A DNA stretch of 64,000 nucleotides, taken from Thermoplasmata archaeon. GTDB taxonomy: Archaea; Thermoplasmatota; Thermoplasmata; Halarchaeoplasmatales; Halarchaeoplasmataceae. Shown piece after piece: positions 57,325 to 64,000 of the stretch. The stretch's first letter is position 1; each line of letters starts with the position of its first letter. The notes under the pieces are model-generated. The model was not told the DNA's origin and searched no databases. It worked only from the letters and a program-made list of their open reading frames with translations. The translations under genes and the position numbers were made by a program. The DNA is taken from positions 8,578-72,577 of the forward strand of contig PWKY01000088.1 of the NCBI GenBank assembly GCA_003560595.1, read 5' to 3'.

Positions 57325-59328
57325 TCACCATACAAGGAACATCTGACCTACGGTGACTACTGCAGTTAATATTACCATACATACAACAAGTACGGTTCCC
57401 AATGCGAATTTAAATTCCGTCGGATCTGATTGATACTTTATCCCTACTGAAAAGTATGTTATCACCGCGCTCATGGTAAGAAGGTATGTTGCTATCACCA
57501 TTGTGAATGCATATGGAGTTATGGAACCTTGACCCGATATGTCCATAAAAACACCGTATAGCATGGAATAGAGTGCGACTATTATACCCATTACCACCGG
57601 AGCAAAGAACATAGAAGTCGCCTCCATCATCTCTACTGATTGGGATAATTCGGAACGGATATCCTGTTCCATCTGCTGCATGTCTTTCAGATACTCTGCA
57701 TTCTGCAAAATTATACTGCCTGCGGCCTGAGGACTCTTCTTGGAAACTGATATGACAGATTTCATACTAGCTTTTACAGTTCTTGAAGGATGAGAAAATA
57801 AAATCCCGTTTTTACCGAATAGTGCTTTTCTGAGAGGCATCCTTTTTAATTTAGTGAGTGTAGTTATATTTTGAAATAGTTCGCCTACTTTGGATCCACT
57901 CATGCTAAAACCGGTCTCCTCGATGGCTTTCTCTAAAGATTTACCTTCTCCCATCCGACTGCCTAATTGAAATAGTGCATCAGGAAATTCTCTTTCTAAT
58001 TGTAACACACCGACCCTTACCTGCCTATGTTCCCAAGAATCACGTATTAAAAAGTAAGCTATACCAAAGACTGGGAACCATAACCAGGGTAAAGGCATCA
58101 GAGGATCTAGGATGCTTCTGAAAAAATAAACGGACAATGATCCAACAACGACTATGAGGGTGGGTATGGTATAATCAACAGCAGTATCAGCATCTATTGA
58201 GGGTAAAGAAGTGGTTCCCGGCCTATTGATCAGTATTTTATAAGAATAAACGAAGGCCCCGAAGGGTATCAAGACGTTCATCAGCAATATGATATGGATC
58301 AATTGGAACCCACCTTCGTCAACAGGTTGGTCCTGATATATAGAAGTCATATCTAATCCCCCTAATGTTAACATGGGGAGCATGGCACCGATTATCAAAG
58401 GCAGGAGTATACCTAAGGCGAATAGAACGGTCGTAGGGGTTTTTAAGGAGTTTGAAAAGTCCCGAATCTTTTGTTTTGTGCCGTTGATAATAATATCATT
58501 AGCTCTCTGCAAAGTAGCTTCTAAGCCTTCCTTAGTATTTTCTAATACTGAAGAGCGTATAACATATAAGGACCGTTTAAGATCATCATTCCATTCACCC
58601 CATTCTACAGCAAGGTCGATAAGAGCTTCTTCAAGACTGTTTTTTTGTCTTGTATAAACCTGCCATATCGCCTTGTTCAACCGAGATGATAAAGGTTCGT
58701 CTGTGTTGTTGGCTGAAAAAAGGATAGCCTTATGTAGAGAGGGGGAAACGCGCATGGACATGGTCATATAGTTGATACCTTCGGGTGAAGAACCGATGGT
58801 TTTTGCTTTCATCTTTTTTGATTTTATCTCGGGATAATTAGCTAAAAAAACCAACAGCCCCATAGGAACTACCAATGATAATGGGATCACCCACATAAGT
58901 ATGGACACTAGATCCAAACCATAGGTGAGATGATATACCAAAGTACCCAACATTACTAGGGAGAGCGCAAAAAGAGCAAAGAATACTGAAAAAAGCATCA
59001 CCTCCTCTTCTTCGATATCGTAACCGATGAACTCAGTGGTACGTTTGAAGTCCGCTTTTAGATAAGAACGTTCTATGGATTTGAATTTTTTTAACGCACT
59101 GTCTCTTCTTTTAATGGCACCGTCATATTCAGAAGAATCCTTGCCGTGGATGATCAAAGCTTTCTCAATGTTCCTCTCGGCATTTTTTAATTCGCGACGA
59201 TGTGTTAAATATTTCTCTTTTCGCTCTTCCCTTTTTCGGTATATTTCAGGCCGAGAAGAACCGAGCTTTTTATTTATAGCCTTACAAAGAAAAACATAGA
59301 TATCAGACATATCTGATCCTCTTTTCAT
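57325..59328 (-). CDS. Type IV pilus/Tad membrane platform protein (T2SS F / ArlJ-like, two domains)
   Basis: Two T2SSF-like helical domains (PEGINYM..., EREFPDALFQLG), each followed by TM helices; downstream of the assembly ATPase. Confidence 0.8.
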   Translation of the reverse strand: MKRGSDMSDIYVFLCKAINKKLGSSRPEIYRKREERKEKYLTHRRELKNAERNIEKALIIHGKDSSEYDGAIKRRDSALKKFKSIERSYLKADFKRTTEFIGYDIEEEEVMLFSVFFALFALSLVMLGTLVYHLTYGLDLVSILMWVIPLSLVVPMGLLVFLANYPEIKSKKMKAKTIGSSPEGINYMTMSMRVSPSLHKAILFSANNTDEPLSSRLNKAIWQVYTRQKNSLEEALIDLAVEWGEWNDDLKRSLYVIRSSVLENTKEGLEATLQRANDIIINGTKQKIRDFSNSLKTPTTVLFALGILLPLIIGAMLPMLTLGGLDMTSIYQDQPVDEGGFQLIHIILLMNVLIPFGAFVYSYKILINRPGTTSLPSIDADTAVDYTIPTLIVVVGSLSVYFFRSILDPLMPLPWLWFPVFGIAYFLIRDSWEHRQVRVGVLQLEREFPDALFQLGSRMGEGKSLEKAIEETGFSMSGSKVGELFQNITTLTKLKRMPLRKALFGKNGILFSHPSRTVKASMKSVISVSKKSPQAAGSIILQNAEYLKDMQQMEQDIRSELSQSVEMMEATSMFFAPVVMGIIVALYSMLYGVFMDISGQGSITPYAFTMVIATYLLTMSAVITYFSVGIKYQSDPTEFKFALGTVLVVCMVILTAVVTVGQMFLVW

Positions 59329-61024
59329 ACCATTCTAACCAGTCTCTTTTGATATCCTGATGAGACCCTGTCCCTTGATATTCTTCGATAAGGTTCCAAA
59401 ATTTGTCGTTAACTTCTGATACCCATTCTGGACCAAGCAACTCCATTCCTTTATTTTTTGATACTTCTACCATCTTCTCCCGCATAAAAGCACGTAGATT
59501 GATATTTTCTATAGCCTGTTCATAACTCATGGACCATGAACGTGCGATCTTTCCGATCCGTTCAGAATTTCTTTTAAGTGTGTCCGTCGCCTGAAGACCG
59601 GTATCATAATGCATCAAGTCGGTAAAGGATCCTTCTTCAAATTCAGATATATGTGTCAATCTACGTTCTCTTCTTTGGGACCCCCCTGGACGTACTACTC
59701 CTGCGATCAATACTATGTCAGTAGCAGAAAAGCTTTCTTTTGGAATGCCCATATCATAAACCACCCTTTCATAAACCGCATCAGGTGAATCACCGTGTAT
59801 CGTACCCATCACCGCACTACCGGCAGTACCCGCCCTCATGGCCTCATAAAGTGTTTTTGCCTCTTTCCCACGAACTTCTCCCAGAACTAGGGAAGATTCT
59901 CCAAGCCTTAGGGACACTCTCAAAGCATCGTCTGCCGTCATCCCCTTTTTCTCCAGTAAAGAGCCGACAGTTAAACTCTGAATGTTATACCCTAACTGCT
60001 GCATCCTTCTAGACGGTAGTTCCCGGGTATCTTCGATGGTTAATATCCTCTGACTTCTGGGAAATTCCATCATCAATGCACTCAATATCGAGGTTTTACC
60101 GGCACCTCTACTACCGGCAACTAGCATCGTACTCCGCCCATCAACTAAAAAAGAAAGTAAACCGGTGGCTAGAGGTGTCATACTTCCCACGCGGATAAGT
60201 TTGGGTAAAGTCCAAGGCTCTTTATTTCTCCTTCTCAGGGCGAGTGCGATACCGTCTTGACTCAGTGGTTTACCGATCGCAGTTACCCGTGTCTCGAACT
60301 CAGATAGATTAGTTTCTAAGACGGGAAAGGCTTCAGAGAAGGGCTTTCCACTCTCAGAACGTAGACGGGCGAGTATGCTCTCTACCTCCTCATCAGTCAA
60401 GAATATGTTCGTCTTACACCTACTTCTTATACCCGGTACCCCTCCGAGTTCAACATAAACATTATTCTCTTCAGAGGGTGCGTCGATATATATATCCTGG
60501 ACGTTTGGGTCTCTAAGTAAAGTTTCCATAACTCCAAATCCGGCGGTATATTTTGCTAGTATGTCAACAAGGGTATCAAGTTTCTCCGATACTTCTTCCT
60601 GATTATCTCCTAATGATATACCGATGTTTTCTGATTCCTTACTTATCATGGATTTACCTACGGATTGGATGTAACGCCGAACACCTTCTGCAGATGAGAA
60701 ATCAGCTTCCCCAGTAGATTGCTGATATAACTTGTCCATCACCTTACTCAGTAGTGTATAATATTTCGTATCTAAAGAGTACTCTTTTGGCTTTACGTGA
60801 TAATGATCTTCGGTTTCATCATCATTTCTAAAGAGGGTGATATCGGTATATTTGATACCATATTCCATGATCTTTTTTGAATTCCTGGGAAGTTTTTGGT
60901 TGACCCAGGTATATGAAAAACTTGGCCGGATTTCGTTTTCACTATCCGCTATTTTGATTAAACCGTTATAAAATCGATCACCCTTTATCTTCTTAGTTTC
61001 TTTGATTATCTCGATGACATCCAT
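59303..61024 (-). CDS. Type II/IV secretion-pilus assembly ATPase (TadA/ArlI/VirB11 family)
   Basis: Walker A GSRGAGKT, Asp box TIEDTREL, SLRLG, Walker B LGEVRG, His box GTIHG. Confidence 0.92.
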   Translation of the reverse strand: MDVIEIIKETKKIKGDRFYNGLIKIADSENEIRPSFSYTWVNQKLPRNSKKIMEYGIKYTDITLFRNDDETEDHYHVKPKEYSLDTKYYTLLSKVMDKLYQQSTGEADFSSAEGVRRYIQSVGKSMISKESENIGISLGDNQEEVSEKLDTLVDILAKYTAGFGVMETLLRDPNVQDIYIDAPSEENNVYVELGGVPGIRSRCKTNIFLTDEEVESILARLRSESGKPFSEAFPVLETNLSEFETRVTAIGKPLSQDGIALALRRRNKEPWTLPKLIRVGSMTPLATGLLSFLVDGRSTMLVAGSRGAGKTSILSALMMEFPRSQRILTIEDTRELPSRRMQQLGYNIQSLTVGSLLEKKGMTADDALRVSLRLGESSLVLGEVRGKEAKTLYEAMRAGTAGSAVMGTIHGDSPDAVYERVVYDMGIPKESFSATDIVLIAGVVRPGGSQRRERRLTHISEFEEGSFTDLMHYDTGLQATDTLKRNSERIGKIARSWSMSYEQAIENINLRAFMREKMVEVSKNKGMELLGPEWVSEVNDKFWNLIEEYQGTGSHQDIKRDWLEWYEKRIRYV

Positions 61025-61028
61025 ATAT

Positions 61029-61529
61029 TCACCCGATTATACCATAAGCCTTACGACGTACATGATAAAAGATCGAGATCAATTCGTTTCCGATCCTTTC
61101 CATATCCTCTTTTGTACTTTTACGACACCCTCGACAACCCTCGGCCTTCATCAATATGTATGTTGCATCACGGTAAACATCGAAGATAGACTTTGTTTCG
61201 TTCCTAAGTGTATCTTGAAGACTGCTGAATAACTTGTTAGGAGAAGCTTCACAACCATCACAATCTCCGCTATCCCTTTTCCTATTTGAGAGCCTTTTCA
61301 ATTCTTTATCTAACATACCCAATCTAGAAAAAATGTCAACCACCTCCCCCTTCATCATGGTTTCTTTTTCTTCTGAAAAGATGATATTATCTACGTTGTA
61401 CTCATCACTCATCAAACATATTATGTGCGGAAGACAATCCTCCATATGGAATCGATCCTTACATTCAAGACAATTAACAGTTATCTTTCTTGTATCGTTT
61501 TTGGTTTCTAAATCATATTCGCATTTCAT
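61029..61529 (-). CDS. Cys-rich hypothetical protein heading the pilus ATPase operon
   Basis: CLEC...C, CDGC, CRGC; ends 4 bp upstream of the ATPase; start moved to ATG 61529. Confidence 0.65.
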   Translation of the reverse strand: MKCEYDLETKNDTRKITVNCLECKDRFHMEDCLPHIICLMSDEYNVDNIIFSEEKETMMKGEVVDIFSRLGMLDKELKRLSNRKRDSGDCDGCEASPNKLFSSLQDTLRNETKSIFDVYRDATYILMKAEGCRGCRKSTKEDMERIGNELISIFYHVRRKAYGIIG

Positions 61530-61661
61530 ATGATCAACTTTGATATATGAACTGGGCCGATGAAGGCCTTTTTTATAAGTCTTACGATTTGTAAAATAGC
61601 ATACAGACGACCAGGATAGTAACATTTTTATGCAAGAACTTAATCGGGAATATCGATTGAC

Positions 61662-61952
61662 ATGTACGCCATATTTAAGGTTTCAGGAGACAAAAAAGGC
61701 ACAGTACCGAAGGTTATCTCTGATGAGATGATCAGTCGGCAAAGCACCAGTGTTAGGGATGGAGATAGTCTAGGTTTTGAAGAGGGGATCACCTACGTAC
61801 TCGTTGAAGGGGTCGATGAAGCCGTTGAAAAGGCCAAAGATATGTTTGAAGATCTCGACGTTGAATTTGTCGAAGACGATGAAGAGATCTACCAAGCTAT
61901 AAAAAAGGCTGACGAGGACGCTGCAGCAGGTGTAGGAACTATCTTTGGTTGA
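61662..61952 (+). CDS. Small acidic hypothetical protein
   Basis: 96-aa ORF ending EDAAAGVGTIFG, followed by a T-rich tract. Confidence 0.7.
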   Translation: MYAIFKVSGDKKGTVPKVISDEMISRQSTSVRDGDSLGFEEGITYVLVEGVDEAVEKAKDMFEDLDVEFVEDDEEIYQAIKKADEDAAAGVGTIFG

Positions 61953-62041
61953 TTTAAAACCCTTTTCTTTTCTTAATTGTTTCATCATCGTACCATAATC
62001 TATTTTAATACGGACTGCTATTGCAAGTATAGGTGATAAAA

Positions 62042-62623
62042 ATGAGAAAAGCAGACTTGAAAAAGATGGTACTTGTGATGACGCTCTCTATTCTATTGAT
62101 ACTGGGTCATTCGATGATACATAGTGCAGTTGGAGTCCCAGTTGATGGAGCAGAAGATTTCATAGACTATGCTGAAGATGCGGCCTCTCGAGGAGCTGCA
62201 ACCTTCCTAAAGGTAGAAGGGTACGAACCATGGGCTGCTCTTGTAGTGAATGCTGGAGATCCAGCAGGTATAGACGCAGTTACAGTGAGCTTTGAAGATG
62301 ATGTGCTGAGGATCGAAGCAACGGACAGCAATTCCACTAATCACGTATCCATACTGATAAACAAGGCATTCGCCGATGAATATCTGGCGGATTCAGAAGG
62401 TGATCTGGATATATCTACTAGTGATGCGGTGAACTACGAAGGGATAGATAACTCTAACGCAAGTGCTGGGCATGGAGCAGTGTATGTATTCCACGTAGAA
62501 CACTTCAGTACACAGTGGATAGAGATGACTGCAGAGGAAGAAGGTATACCGCATCCAGGACTTTTGTTTACCGTGATAGCTATCGGTACTGCAGCCATAT
62601 ACTACCATAAAAAAAAGAGATAA
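62042..62623 (+). CDS. Exported acidic protein with a C-terminal archaeosortase-like sorting signal
   Basis: AGGTGA RBS, signal peptide, C-terminus GIPHPGLL-TM-HKKKR. Confidence 0.7.
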   Translation: MRKADLKKMVLVMTLSILLILGHSMIHSAVGVPVDGAEDFIDYAEDAASRGAATFLKVEGYEPWAALVVNAGDPAGIDAVTVSFEDDVLRIEATDSNSTNHVSILINKAFADEYLADSEGDLDISTSDAVNYEGIDNSNASAGHGAVYVFHVEHFSTQWIEMTAEEEGIPHPGLLFTVIAIGTAAIYYHKKKR

Positions 62624-62641
62624 AAAACCCTTTCTTCTTTT

Positions 62642-63577
62642 CTATTTTCCAGCTAATAAAGTAACTTTTGTACGATCTCCTATATCTCGATCCTTTTTCA
62701 AACCCCACATGATATCGGCTTTTGGAGCGGATCCTCTTATGGTTTCAAGTGCATCCTGGGCCTCTATCTCCGCACAACCAGTTCCGCTAGTTACAACGGT
62801 CAAAACTGTTTCGTAATCCTCTAATTTTTCTAGCCAGGGCGATCTAAGAGCATCTTTTGAAGCATACTTTCCCCTCTCCCTACCCTTGCCGTATCCTGCT
62901 CCTATGTGAAACTCGCTAACACGATCACAAAACTTCTTGAGATGAGGAATATCTTCTATAGTAACTACAGAGTTAAAATCTTGTATAGGTAAGCGGATGA
63001 TGGAGTTCATAACGTCAAAGGCCTTTGTCATAGGTAAATGTGGATTTAATTTCAATAACTTGCTGTTACTAAAGCACCCTAAAATATTTGAGTTATGTTT
63101 TACTTTTGACTTAGCTTCTAAAGCAAATTTTCGCCTTTCGATGTTTTCAGTGTCAAAGGGCATCGCCACTAAAGATATAGAGAATATATTTGTACGACTG
63201 GCTAATCGACTACATGTTGTTGTAGCCCAGCTTCCCATTTCACCTCCCATGCCTGCTATCAAAAAGAGGATATCAGTATTTTTTATCCTTCTAAGTATTT
63301 TCTCTTCAGATTCGCTAGGCGTTTTGAGTTTATAAACTGAATCACTATGGTAGGCATTTTTCATATCCTCTTTGGATATCTCTATGAAGGGAAGAGAAGG
63401 TAGACGGTTAGAACAACCAACTTCATATGTCTTCATGTTGGATAAAGATTTGTCTTCACCAAGAGTTGTGATGATATTACGGCCTGCGCCGCCGATACCT
63501 AAAGCCATCACTTTAGGCCGATTTTTAACATCTACCGATTCAACGCCAAATCTTTTCGTTTCTGCCATTTGATACAA
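62642..63577 (-). CDS. Divergent FtsZ/tubulin-family protein
   Basis: GIGGAGRN, AGMGGEMGS (altered signature), PFDTE-IER, FSNSKL, AFDVMN, G-G-G--R-A--ALRSPWL, IMWG. Confidence 0.8.
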   Translation of the reverse strand: MYQMAETKRFGVESVDVKNRPKVMALGIGGAGRNIITTLGEDKSLSNMKTYEVGCSNRLPSLPFIEISKEDMKNAYHSDSVYKLKTPSESEEKILRRIKNTDILFLIAGMGGEMGSWATTTCSRLASRTNIFSISLVAMPFDTENIERRKFALEAKSKVKHNSNILGCFSNSKLLKLNPHLPMTKAFDVMNSIIRLPIQDFNSVVTIEDIPHLKKFCDRVSEFHIGAGYGKGRERGKYASKDALRSPWLEKLEDYETVLTVVTSGTGCAEIEAQDALETIRGSAPKADIMWGLKKDRDIGDRTKVTLLAGK

Positions 63578-63606
63578 TAGGTATAATCATAAGGCATGAT
63601 AAAAAT

Positions 63607-64000
63607 TTATTCATCGATATCCGATTCTAATGGATCTCTTATCTCGACCATCCTTGAAATTGAATATCCCATGATCACACCTATGATCGGAGCAAAAAAG
63701 GAGGTATAAAAAGCAGCCCTGGGTCCTGCTAAATAGAACGATACATAGGTTCCAAAGAAAAGTCCACCAAAAAGTCCGAATAAAACTCCAGTAGTTTTTT
63801 CATACATAGTAGAACCAAGTGTTCCAAAGAAGGTCGATAGTGATAAAGCTACACCAAAAGAAATCACCAATTGAGAATCATTCCCTTCTAAGAAAAATCC
63901 TGATAATAACACAATTATACCTGATATCATGAAGATATAACTGTACATCCATGTTTGTCGGTTCTTTTTGAGCGACTCAACTAGGTCTGTTATGAATCCC
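63607..64000 (-). CDS. Multi-pass membrane protein, truncated at the right edge
   Basis: The frame of 63607..63948 stays open to the window end (GFITDLVESLKKNRQTWMYSY...); four TM segments visible. Confidence 0.65.
   Translation of the reverse strand, partial: GFITDLVESLKKNRQTWMYSYIFMISGIIVLLSGFFLEGNDSQLVISFGVALSLSTFFGTLGSTMYEKTTGVLFGLFGGLFFGTYVSFYLAGPRAAFYTSFFAPIIGVIMGYSISRMVEIRDPLESDIDE

Overview
Archaeal chromosomal window. The gene set (type II GAPDH, PriS, Pop5, Nob1, DUF835/KaiC, Mvh/Hdr) and the acidic proteins suggest an anaerobic, probably halophilic Thermoplasmata lineage; this is an inference. (1) 1.1-19.9 kb is the most unusual part. Two tandem-duplicated secreted beta-propeller/Ig-like proteins and two membrane-anchored exported proteins are co-oriented with a membrane-tethered, coiled-coil-stalked BchI/ChlI-like AAA+ ATPase and a second BchI-like protein carrying a natural Walker B E-to-Q change. 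They face a convergent operon (KaiC-like ATPase, HhH/longin-like protein, a permuted BchD-like VWA protein with two dead AAA modules and an apparent ATA start, and one more dead AAA subunit), with a DUF835-TPR and a coiled-coil gene in between. No chelatase large subunit is present, so this looks like an uncharacterised heteromeric AAA+/VWA envelope-linked machine rather than a metal chelatase. (2) 20-29.5 kb holds OsmC, a STAND-like ATPase-TPR, TrmO, tRNA-Val(CAC) flanked by hairpin repeats, a solo Cas4 with four internal TM helices, and an ArsR-Acr3 operon. (3) 29.5-43.4 kb is housekeeping. (4) 43.4-57.3 kb holds a class I fumarase divergent from an HdrA-MvhDGA-HdrCB-fumarate reductase-2-oxoacid:ferredoxin oxidoreductase operon. 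(5) 57.3-64 kb holds Tad/type IV pilus assembly genes and a degenerate FtsZ. No CRISPR array, rRNA or transposase was seen.
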